Assembly: GCA_001687465.1 (NCBI GenBank)
Contig: LVLI01000336.1
Coordinates: 1-64,000 of the forward strand
DNA from: Halocafeteria seosinensis
Lineage: Eukaryota
Direction of reading: 5' to 3'
Length of the DNA stretch: 64,000 nucleotides
The notes under the pieces were generated by a model that ran no database searches, was not told the DNA's origin, and saw nothing but the letters and a program-made list of their open reading frames with translations. The position numbers and the translations under genes were made by a program. This document shows, piece after piece, positions 26,701-38,223 of this stretch. Position 1 is the stretch's first letter; each line of letters begins with the position of its first letter.

Positions 26701-29700
26701 GCTGCTCGAGTTCAAAAGAATATTTACCTGGTGCAAATCGCAGCCACGAGGGCCTGAGAAGACAAATCCTAGGCTTTTGTCCGTCATTTCTACTTCCATC
26801 GACATCGTCTTGAGAGTGACCAAAAATGCTTTGTCTTTATCAAGCGAATCGAATTCTAAAAATCCGCTTTCCTGGGTTATTACATCCCACAGTCTGGCCG
26901 CTCCCTTCAAGGAGAAAGCAACGAGACCATGGTTACAGTAAATGCGCTGGTTCTTTGCTACCGACGTGCTGCTGAAATTAGCGTATTGTGCCATAAAGGA
27001 CAACATTGTTTCGTTTCGGGAGCAATCTGGACTGACGTAAAAGGAACGTAGTAGACGATTAACCGAGTTTGCCGCTGCGCCTACCGAGATTGCAGTTTCA
27101 CAATCGTTGTTCCTTTGCATTGCGCCACCCCAAAGACAGCCCCCTGCAGCTCGAATATGTACATTCAATGCCACAAAGTTCGAAGATGCATTAATGACAA
27201 CGCTATTGAGCTGCAAAGGCTCGTTGTGGTCTACCCATTGTTCTTCGGGAAGAACTATCTGTATTTCTTCGAAGTTAGGCTGGACTTCCCTCAAGGCATA
27301 GTCACAGTTACTTGCTAACTTTCCGAAGTGGCATAGTCCCAATTCAACATGGTAGAAGTGCTGTAACAGGGGGAGCGAAAATTGCGTCTGCTGAAGTACT
27401 TCTTCGCACTCGAACTGGTTGCAGAAAAACGTCAAGTGTTGCTGTGAGTTAATAGTCCCCGAGACATTAGTAACAAATACTCCAGAGGTAGCAAAAAGGA
27501 CGAATTGCTCTCGTTGATTCATCGGTATTATCCCTATAACACCCTCAGTGGACAACTGGTGTCTTTCGCCGTCCCCCAACGTTAGTGGCAGTATCGGTTG
27601 AGCATCTACGGACACCGTCGCCATCACTTCTATATCGATGTTTACCCTGTATTTGTTCTCTAGGGCCTTCTCCGCATAGTAGACCGAGATCTCTACAACT
27701 TTAGGAAATGACCCATTGTGCCAGTCGTCTGCTTGGAAACAGGGGAAGACTTCTGCAATTTGCCGTAGCTTCAGCACTGCTGCAGAGTCATTTAGATAAG
27801 TCTCCGAGCATACAAGGGAGGAAAGTCGGTTAAAATGGAAATTGGTCTGACTGACAACAGTCAGGACAATGACCGAGTCTAGAAGCGATTCGTGATCCGG
27901 TTTCAGCGAGAGCCCTTCCAGTCCTAATGTTGCCGTTTGCTGTAGTTTTAGTTGAAGTGTCAACAAATTCACGGGATGATTGGAGCATTCCTGACTTCCA
28001 CACAGACGTGACAAAGTCACAGGATACAGTGTAGTTGTAGAGGCGGAAAGAAAAAATCCATAATGCTCCACCTCAGGACGCATTGAAAAATTTAGAGATG
28101 ATCTCGAAATCACCTGCACAGTCTCCGAATGCTGATGGAGTACCAGACGCATCTCACTGAGCATGCCATTAACGTCCTCCAGAACTCCAGCCACTGTGTA
28201 GGCTTCAGAGAATGGAAAGAGTAACAGGGAGGTCGTCTCTCTGTCACTCCGTTTTGCAACCGTTTCGTATCTTTCTTTAGGCAACACTATCGAGGCACGA
28301 GTCACCGCCAGTGTGATTTCCACATACGTTTTCGTTGCCTCGGGCGCATACTGAAGTATGTCCAGGAAAAATTCACGGTCTGTAGCGGTAACAACTGGAA
28401 GACGCCGTGCACTCCAGTAGTCCTCCGCAACCAACAGTGTCTCGTTGAGGCGCAGCTTCGCGGCTATTGGACGGGCCGAGGGAAAAGAGACGCGCATAGG
28501 GAATTCCTTCGTCAGAACAGTCTGTATTGAGTTACCGCTCATCAACACTTTCAAAGAGGAGACTCCAGACCATTCAGAAGATGGTAGAATTGCTATCTTA
28601 GCCAAAGTGTCGTTAACAAATGCTAGATGTCCGGAGACAGAAATAGAGGGATTAAGTCCCTCGCTGCATAGCATTCCGGGAAATTGACAAGATTCGTGTT
28701 TACTCTCACGGCTTTTGTCTTCCATCGAAACGATCGTCGGAAAGCGTTCACTAATTCCCAAGATGCCGATAAACCCGCCAAGAGAGACCAGGACTTCGAA
28801 ACTCTCTTGTTCTCGCTTCGTGAGTGCGAGAGGATGGAGCTCAATATAACTCCCCAGGACAAAAGTAGGCTGTGTTTGGTTTAAGATAATTTCCCCTTGG
28901 GGGAAATTGCCCAACTTAAAGTCGACTAGCGGCTGCATCGGTTCCATTTCGAGGACCATAGACTGCCGATCAAGCAAGATGCCGTTGTCCGATCTCAGCT
29001 CAAACAGAATTTGTGGTACGGCAAAGCGAACACGCGGTTCATGTGGTTGGTAACTTAAATTTTGAAACGCCAAGTTGAGTTCTGAGCAGGGGCCGAAGAG
29101 CGTCAATGTCCCGAAATCTGATTTACTTCTTTTCACCCAATATGGCAGCACTGCGACGCGTGTTTCACCCGACGTTGCCGTTGCACTTACTTCGTAGCTT
29201 GTTTGGAATTTAGGCAGCAAATCGATGTTGCATGTTTCCTCCGAAATTTTTATCGGCGGTAGTGGAAGTTCCTCCACTCCCACTCTTAATTTATGAACTG
29301 CCAAGATGAGGCGTGGAGATGTCTCCATGGACGGGAAATACACTGAAAAAACTCGGTCCCCTTCTGCTGGTTCACATCTGTTTCGTTCGATCTCAACCGA
29401 CAAACTGAAGACGCATGACATAGACTCGTTCGTAACTAGCGACGATGCTTCAAACGATGATAAAGCATTCTTTACTGCGTCGAGAGAGCCGCTGCACCCC
29501 GTTGCAGTGCAACTCAGATCCGGCGAAGGGGATTGTAGGACAGAGACTGTGATTTCATTACACGAGCTCGAAATCGCAAACGCGGCCATATCGTTGTCTC
29601 TAAAGCGTCCGTGATCGTCTACCCGGGCTATAATCGAAACAGTTCCATTAACGGCGGTATAACGATTCCTATCTATGGACACGAGCAGATGTGGCTTATC

Positions 29701-30584
29701 TGCCCTTGTCGTGACGCCGAAAGCGGTGTGTCGGGAACCGCGGCAACCAACTCGAGAAGTCTCAAACTGAAGTTGAGCGCTACTGTTCCGGAAAGACGAT
29801 GGATGATACTGCAGCTCCCGAAGATGCCTAGAGAGAATACTGATACTCCCAAGTAGTGTCCCATTGAGAAAAAAGTTGTGACCAAGTGCCGTCGTCAAGT
29901 TCGTGCTGTGCTCATTCGGTATCAACGAGATGCTATATTGCTCGTCGGACGTTGAAATCTCCTCCAGGCTTGCCACGAGATAGGCAGGGGCTTCGCAAGT
30001 CGCTGGTGTTGCACTAAAAACTACCAACCGAGGGATAAAGCATGAGTCGACACGAATAGTTATTTCTGTAGAATCCGTCAAGTTGTTCCGCAAAGTATCC
30101 AACGTTACCCACAAAGTGACTGGAGTTATCAAGATGTCTGTGGGTGGTACAAACGTAACTTCTTCTATCTGTGTCGTGAGTTGAGCGGTATCTCCTATTA
30201 ACTTGAAATCTTGAGAGGCATCTTGATTCGACTGTAGAAGGTGACCAGCCGAGACTTGGAGTCTTAATAGCGCTGGGTGCCTCTTTACGAAGTCGGCTAT
30301 CGTTCTTGGAGGCTCTCGTAGCGAAAGCAACTCTGCATTTGCACGTATACACTCTTACCACAGTTCCTGTGGTGGTGCCATCGTCAATATTACATACCGT
30401 TGATCTTAAGTGGCGTGCTAGGAGTTGCAAGTTGCACACTACTATTAAAAACATGTAATCGGGGTTGAATCGGTTCCTCTGCCACTCCTGGAGTGCTTCG
30501 TGATACCAACACGAAGACAATATGGAAGATGAGAAACAACACTCCATGCTCCACATTGACGCCCCTTCGAAGAAGGAAATCCAT
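5782..30584 (-). CDS. Giant (about 8,245 aa) secreted repeat protein with cadherin/Ig-like modules, GxFxLxF modules and C-terminal ELWxxDGT repeats; 2 exons (30584-30398, 30332-5782)
   Basis: The ORF is uninterrupted for 8,182 codons. An upstream exon MDFLLRRGVNVEHGVLFLIFHIVFVLVSRS... (signal-peptide-like) splices in frame via GTATGT...TGCAG intron 30397-30333 (G+AG = Glu). Repeated PVNDxP, DVD, GxxxxVNxxLxxLxYxP and DxGxTG motifs occur; ELWRTDGT lies at about 6947-6970. Confidence 0.9.
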
Positions 30585-31094
30585 ATTTCTTGCGTCCCTC
30601 ACTCCTAAAGCGCCCTTGGTTTCCGATAGCCTTTAAGCTGTAGTCATCATGTTCATTGTTGTACCCCGTTGCACGTTATCGCCACTGTACCACGAGTCCA
30701 ACGCAGAATACTTGTCGCTTTTCCTCTTAAAGAGATAAAGAATTGACAACCCAATATGCATGCCCTCCTTGGAGTCAGAATGTAGCCCATACGGTGCGCT
30801 GTGAACGTGTGTGGACTCCAAAGTTGGCAAAGGGCCACGGAAACTCAACGCTTCACAACCCCCCAAGTTGAAGTTGGCGGAGCCAGGATGTGACATCCAG
30901 GATTATCTTGTCTGAGGGGAATACAGGGGAATCGGACATGGAATGGAAAAAGGGGGTTGTGTAGAATTGTATGGGGCAGCCGTGTGTGCTATCAGATGGA
31001 CTGAAGGAGCCTTTGCGAGGCTGGGATTGTTGCGAGGACATCTCAGATCAGCCGTATTGGGTTTATTGATACAATTCTGCGCGTAGAGAAAGGC

Positions 31095-32415
31095 ATGGCG
31101 AACCTACAGACGGGGCAATACGTGTTTACCGTCCGGATATCTGAATTGGCAGTGACTGATCTTGACCGTAAGGGTACTGCGAAGTTCCGATAGCGACCCC
31201 TTGTTTGAACTTCCTTGCCTTCATCTTGCGCAGTTGTAAACGGTGGTGATGCTATTAGGCTAACGGAAAGCGCTTCAGCTAGTAGTAAACCCATTGCTGG
31301 TGAATATAACAGGAGGGGCGTTATTCAAGTGGGCGATGATTGTCGGGTCCGGATCAGCCTCGGTGGGAAGACAAGCACAAGTAAGCAACGAGCAAGCTAC
31401 GCACGAACCTGTCGATTTTATCCAGAGACTCTTGCTTCGTTTCTGTTTGCCACAGCGGAAGAAGCACCGATATCCGCTGCGTCATGGTGGGGAGAAACGC
31501 ATTACTTCAGCAGATCACTCTACCTGAGAGTGTACTCCAAGGATGCGGCTAAAGATGACTTTATCAGACTGATGACTCAGGAGAAGCTGCGTTTGCAGGT
31601 GGAGTCGTACAAATCCTCATGCTGCAAAGGTACGATGGTTACCATTGGGGCTTGCAACTTAGACCTTTATACACTTGCCACCGGCCCTAAGAGGTATAAC
31701 AGAATTCCCCTTGAGTTAGGGAAATCTACTGGCGCAAGCATAAGTTTTAAATGCGAAGTATTTCAAGTGGTTACAGCTAAGTTAGAAATTTCAGATCTGG
31801 ACTTTTCCACTATAGAGGAATATGTCGATTGTAGAGAAGGATGCATTGGCTTGTCGGCATACTTCATTACGGAAGGTGGGGCTACACGAGGTGAAGCGAT
31901 AGCCAATTGGGGAGGCTCCCGACGTCGCCATGTAGAACCATTCAGTGTACATGCGACTTTCGAAGAATTTCAAACAGGGCATCTGAATCTGCAATTGTGT
32001 TATGATACCAACCGGAACTGGAATAGAAAAGGGGTTTTTGCTCGATCTACGATTAAAGGTGGAGATGTTATGTAGGTTGACAGAGCCGGTATTTTTGGGG
32101 GTTATGGCATCTTCCCTTATCTTCCTTCTATGCAGAAAGCCATGGAACCCCGATGTTCGGCTTGTGTCGACTTTAAAGAGCACGGTTACAGGTGGCTCAT
32201 ATGGTGCATTTCCTGCGCGGGTACGCTGCATCAATGGTCCGGTTTTCGCGCAGATGGTGGGTGTCCTTGGGGTTCTCATTTCTAACCACTGAATATCACA
32301 TACTTATCTAATGCAGTGTGAGGGAGAATACAGAGGCACAGACAGAATTATCCGGGGGAAATTTCTGCATGAAGATGTTCCATTCAAACCGCGATGCGCG
32401 GTGCAACCTGCTTGA
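31095..32415 (+). CDS. Uncharacterised C2-like beta-sandwich protein, paralogue A (4 exons)
   Basis: ATG 31095 gives MANLQTGQYVFTVRISELAVTDLD, followed by phase-1 intron 31168-31233, the main ORF with NLDLYTLATGP, two further introns, and a last exon ending HEDVPFKPRCAVQPA*. It aligns by eye end to end with the paralogue at 33177. The C2 assignment is an inference from the beta-strand pattern. Confidence 0.75.
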
Positions 32416-33176
32416 GACTCCACACTCCATGAGACTGCGGTTTAAACATGTACGCATACGCCCAAGGAGGAGCGCACCCCAATAATATCGTACCATACGC
32501 CTAAGAAGAGGTGCACCACAATACTATGGAACCATTCGTCGTGGAACTAACAGGACAGATAAGGCGTCATCAACACTCGCAAAGGTACCCAAAATCGTCC
32601 GGGGTCCATTTTAGCAGGCTCGTGATAGGCTAGCTTTCTGTGAGTGGATGCGCCATAACTTGCTGATGCTCGAACGCTCCGGAGGAAGCTTCATACCTCA
32701 GGTAGTAGCGAAGAATGTATAGACGTATTGTGGGACTAAAGTAAGGCCCTCACTACTGAGCCACTGGTTCACTTCTAAGAAGCCATGCGGCTCGAACCCA
32801 CAATGCTCTATATGCTGGTGGAAGCACAATACCACACGTACGAGCAGGCTGGTTACGTATCCATTATTGACACGACTAGAAACCGCATCCAAAAAACAGG
32901 AACTGCGGCTCCGCCTCTCTGTCTTCGCGCGGTGAAGTGTGGGGTCAGCTTCACAAACCATGTGGAAGTGTCCGTCCCAACCATAGGCGCCACTAGGTGG
33001 CTACTGGCCTACTACTAGTAGGCTACTAGGTGGGTCATTGACATTCTCGTGTCGCAGAGCTTGCACTGTGCTGCCATGGCTGTTCTTCGGAGGAGAGGAG
33101 GAAGAGAAGCGAACAGGAGTGTGAGTTAGAGGATCTCGCATCTGCCAGCGCCAGCGTCTCTTCCAGGCATTATACG

Positions 33177-34472
33177 ATGTCCACGGACGCCGATTCAGCC
33201 AATTACGGCTTCAAAGTGAGGCTTTCCAACATCAAGGTATCCAATCTGGAGGGTATGTTGAGTGAGGCAACAAGGTGGCGGGAGGTTTAGATTTCACCTC
33301 ATTGCGTCGTATGCAGTAGCCAAAGTTGACTCCAGGAAGGCCAAAGTAGTTCTCAAAGGGGAATACCGCTACCACCATGTCGAAGCTGGCGCAGATTGCC
33401 GGTTGACTCTCTCGCTTGGAATGACAAAGCGATCGAGTAAGTACGGAACTGAATTACGTGTGCCAGTGGCTCGACAACTGGTTTGGAATTTTTCTCTCGT
33501 GGCCACAGCGCAAGAGCAACCAATCACTGATCCAAGCTGGAGAGATGAAGTGCATGATTTCACTAAAACACTGCTTGTAAGAACTTCCATGGGTGATCCA
33601 CATCAGAAAGTCAAAACAGCTTTGCAAAGTGAAAGAATGTACGTGTCTTTGGATTCGTTCAAAGCTACATGCTGCGGTGGCGCGGTTGAGCAAGTGGGAC
33701 GGACGAATGTGGATCTGTATACTTTGGCTACTGGGCCTAAAGAATTCAAAAATATTAGTCTCAAATCAAGGCATTTCACGGCGGGAGAGGTCAGCTTCAC
33801 CTGCGAGGCAATTCAAGTTGTTGAGCCCGAACTAGAGATAACGGACATTGATATGTCAGCCCTGGGACCTTTCATGGCTTGTGGAGAAGATAATATAGGT
33901 ATATCTGCTTCATTCGTCACTAGTGGTTTTGCAACAAGAGGAGAAGCTCTTTCTAACTGGGGTGGGACTACTTCCCGGAGCACAGATCCTCTGCTGTTTA
34001 GAGCGGACTACGAAGAAATCCAAGGAGGCTATTTTATGTTCGATATTTTTTGCGACAACAACCAGAATTGGGACCCAAGTAAGATTGTTGCTCAGACGAA
34101 GGTTTCTGCGGGTGAAAACATGTAAGTTCAACTGCCGCTCTTCTTCGACAGCATGGATGGAATTGTGTTTGCCTTACTCCTCCGTCCAGAACGCCATGGA
34201 AAAAGGATGTCCACTTTGAGAGCGACTTAACCAGCCCGATTAGTGGTGGATCTTTTGGAGCTATGACAGGGAGGATCAAAATCAAGAATGGTCCTGAGTT
34301 TTGTCAAATGGTAAGTCTTCCGTCTCGTCGCTGTACGGCTACGCGAACTGGTTTGGATCTGAGATACCTACAGAAGGAGGGAGAATACGTTGGAGGGAAA
34401 GGGATTTTCGAAGGACAATACGTGCATGACGAGGTACCTTTCAAACCAGATTGTTTTGTACAGCTCAGATAG
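33177..34472 (+). CDS. Uncharacterised C2-like beta-sandwich protein, paralogue B (4 exons)
   Basis: ATG 33177 is followed by phase-1 intron 33253-33316, then NVDLYTLATGP, ATRGEALSNWGG and NGPEFCQM, ending HDEVPFKPDCFVQLR*. It has the same three intron positions as paralogue A. Confidence 0.75.
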
Positions 34473-34962
34473 GTTGTATGGTATTCTCAGGTCCTGAAGG
34501 TATTCGCCCACTTATAATCGACTAACGAACAGAATCGAACCGACAAATCGCCTTGAGGCACAGCAAATTGTGCCCCACTTGGTGGTTAATATGCATCACA
34601 ACCTTAGCGAGTGCCCTCTCTGTCATTCAGCCATGCATGGGTCAGGTGTAACCGTAGTTTAGAGTTGACCGTATACGATAGTACACCAAATTCATTAAGC
34701 TCTTTCCCATTAATTCGCACATTGTCCTAAAAATGCTCCGTTTTACAACCGCCCTGCTTCTTATTCGGGCATTGGGAAGTGGGCACTCCAGTTGGCAACA
34801 AGCCACAGGGTTTGCCCGGGTTGGCGGTTGAAGAAGTTCTCAGTTACGCCGAATCTGCCAGCTAGAAGACAGTGTGTATTGTTTACCGTCACTTGTTGGT
34901 CGATCCCGTGTACTTTTACAACACTAACGTCGTCTGTATGTGCCGCTAGTGTAGAGGACACA

Positions 34963-37900
34963 ATGGCGTCTGAATCGTCAGCGTCGTCGATATCTGCCAC
35001 TCGCTGCGCACCAACACTGGTAAGCTCGCAACCCCCGGCGGCGGGAGTGAATGCCTCCTATACCGTGCCTCATTTGCGCGTGGAGGAGGGTGTAAACTTT
35101 AGTACCAGTGCTGAGAAACCTGTGGACGTCTCATCGGCATCGTCGTCATCTTCTTCATCGTCGTTTATACGGGGCCGGGAGGACTTGAAAACCCAGGACC
35201 TGACAAAAAGTGAGTCAGACGGCTCTTCTGATGCCCATACGACCGAGTTTTCCAACCCGAGCTCCCAGGAACACCACCATCATCATCGTGAAACTGACAG
35301 TGGGGTGGTGGAGGAAGAGCGACAGGGTGTGGAAGTGTGCCAGTACCCCGCCGTTGGAAGTGGAGTCAACCATTCAGGACGCCATGACACAGTGCAGGCG
35401 CCCCCACAGACTCAGAGTGCTTCCCCACACAACCGTCAGCCGATATTTGAACTGGTACACACGATTCAACGTGTGGCACAGTTCGAACATAATAAACGCA
35501 AAAGCGTTAAATCCGAGTATGATGTGGATGAATTCGGTACCGTGGTCGGAAAGTAAGTGGAACGAACAGATGCAGACAGTCAATTAGCCAACAGTGGCAG
35601 TAAGTAATTCTTGCTCTTTGGCTTCGCAGAGGAGCGTACTCGAAAGTATACAGAGCGTTCCACCGGAAAACCGGTGAAAAAGTTGCTGTGAAAATTCCAC
35701 AGGTAAGGGAAGAGTGTCCGCGAACAATTTGGCTTCTTGGTGAATTTTATCTCTTTCGTACTTGTTTGGACCGCAGCGTTTAGATATAGGCTACAACCAC
35801 AATAAAGTCACTGGTCTAGGATCAGTGATTACAAATCAGCTTCGCGAGTTGCGCCTTATGCGCAAAGTAAGGGAACTTCGGTAACCGCTGCGGCGTTAGA
35901 TTGCTCAATTGCATGTCCAAATTCTTGCCAATTCCACAGATGAAGAGTGAATTAGATTGCGCTCACTTGCTGCGCCTTCACGACGTATTTGATAACCTAG
36001 CCGAAATGGAGAATGGCACGGCATCCCATTACAAGATGTATATTGTAACAAATTACCTGTCGGGTATGTCATTAGATTTGGCGGCTTCCCAAAAGCGTTC
36101 GATGGGATTTTTTTTATTTCATTTCATTGTTTCTCTCTTAAACAATCCAGGAGGAGACTTGCTTACACGCTTAGTGAACTTACACAAGAAAGGAATGCGG
36201 TACTCGGAATGGAGGGCGGCGGCCAGTTTTTATGAGGTAGGACCACTTTTGTTAACAGCTCCAACACATCCATGGCGAATTCTCCTTCGTGCAGATTTGC
36301 CTCGGTATACAAGCGCTGCATACGGCCGATATTATTCATAGGGACATGAAACCTGAGAAGTGAGTGGTGTAAATTGGCAATTAGTTTGCCGTGTAGTACG
36401 ATAGTTTATTGCCAACGCGAATAACCATTCTTAGCAGTTTATTGCTTGATGAGGACGAGGATAACGGAAATGCGAGGATTGTTCTTGGTGATTTCGGATT
36501 TTCAGTGGTACGTATATTTATTCATTGAGGTCAAACGTAGCAAAATATGTTACTTGTCAAGGGTGCGATGTGCCTGCAGACCACGAAGCATTCGACAAAG
36601 GGGCGTTTCGTCGGCACACCAAACTATGCCGCTCCGGAAGTATGGCAAAGTCCTCCGATATACTCCAAAGCCGGGGACATATGGAGTGCTGGTGTCATTC
36701 TTTTCTTGATGCTCTCTGGAACCCACCCTTTTTGGGTCCCGAATTCGCACCATGTACCAAAGGAGGAGTCAAGGGTAAGATTTGGGCCGTTGTCCTCTTT
36801 GCAGGGACACAGAGGTTACTAACGAGGTTTCATTGCAGAAACACCTCAAAGCGTTAATTACGAACGGGCAGCTACATATGCCTGATGCCTATTGGAAAAA
36901 TATCAGTCAAACAGCGAAGGTGAGTCACAGGTAACTGCATTGTTTCCGCTGTAGGAGGAATCACACAACTCTCATACTGGACGCTTGTCTTACAGGACTT
37001 GGTCCAAAAGATGTTGACTGTAGACTACAAGAAGAGGCCCACCATTGAGGAAGTACTGGAGCACCCATGGCTTCATCAAACGGGCGTGGAGGAAGGTATT
37101 GAGTTGAGTGATACTGTCCACCGACTAGGAGAATTCAACGCCGGCAGGACATTGCGAGCAAGCGCCTGGGCAGTCGCATGGAGCCGTAGAATCACAGCAC
37201 TAAGAGCTGCGAAGCTGCGGCCATTGATGGGTGCTTTTTCAAGTACGTTGCTTCCACCGTGGATATTGTTCGTAAAATTCCCAGCTCTACCCGTGGTTTA
37301 AACTTTGTTACAGTCGATGAACGGACTGTACAAAAGCTGAGAGTCCTATTCGAAGGTGTTGCCAACGGTGGGGACCCTGAGGCGATCTTGAATGATTTGA
37401 GCGCTGTTTCGCCAGAGGCATTAGGAGACTCAAGAATCTTCGGTAAATCCGGCCCTCCGCAAAAATATCGAACAATCGGACGGAATCAGTTTATGGAGAT
37501 AATGAACTTATTGGGATTCAACCGCTTGCCTTTAGAGCGGATGTATGATGTTTTTGGTAAGTCTCAGAACACCCGAAATGCAAAGTGTGAGAATCCCATG
37601 TGCGTCCATTCTCATATGTTCTGTGGCGATCCAGATGCGGATAGTGATGGTCATCTAGACTATACGGAGTTTTTGTTTGGGCTAGCGCTGCTCAATAAGA
37701 AAGGAGAAAACACAATCAAGGCCTGTTTCGATATACTGGACAAAGATGGAACAGGCACCTTGACGCGCGATGAGATCTGTGCGCTGTTGAATGCTTCCGC
37801 CGCTGCAAATGGATTCCAAGGAGTAGAAAACGCGGAAGCTGCGGAATCGGATAGCGTTGATTCAGACGATATAGAAGAGCAAGTGGACGAGTAAGTAGCA

Positions 37901-38203
37901 CCTCTCCTGTGTGACTTGAGTTGGATGGCACTTATCCCTGGTCCTTCCTTCCACAGGATCGAGGAGATCTTTCAGATGCTGGATGTTAATAACGACGATA
38001 AAATAAGTTACGAAGAGTTCAAGCACGGGATACGTCAACGCCCGGAGTTGAGGAGGCTACTTCTCGAGCCGATAGTTAAGCCTGCCAACTCTCTAGGGGA
38101 CGCTGTACACAACATAACAAGTGCAAATGCTGAGACTGTTGATGTCCTCGAAGAAACATCTTGCGACCAGCCCCTAAAGCGTCAAAGAGTGCAGAGTGAA
38201 TGA
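34963..38203 (+). CDS. Ca2+/calmodulin-dependent Ser/Thr kinase with C-terminal EF-hands (CCaMK-like architecture), about 12 short introns
   Basis: Spliced motifs: GKGAYSKVY, VAVK, HRDMKPEN, DFG, GTPNYAAPE, DIWSAGVILFLMLSG. These are followed by RLGEFNAGRTLRASAWAVAWS (autoinhibitory/CaM-binding-like) and EF-hands DADSDGHLDYTE, DKDGTGTLTRDE and DVNNDDKISYEE. Confidence 0.9.
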
Positions 38204-38223
38204 AATAGTTGCTTGCCGAATTT

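Noticed and set aside
5902..29856. Dozens of plus-strand ORFs (60-245 aa) inside the giant gene
   Set aside because: Antisense shadows of a long coding frame, with no motifs.
5782..30330. Bacterial contamination or chimeric assembly as the source of the giant ORF
   Set aside because: It has an in-frame spliceosomal intron with a signal-peptide exon, and the flanks are intron-containing eukaryotic genes with no obvious junction.
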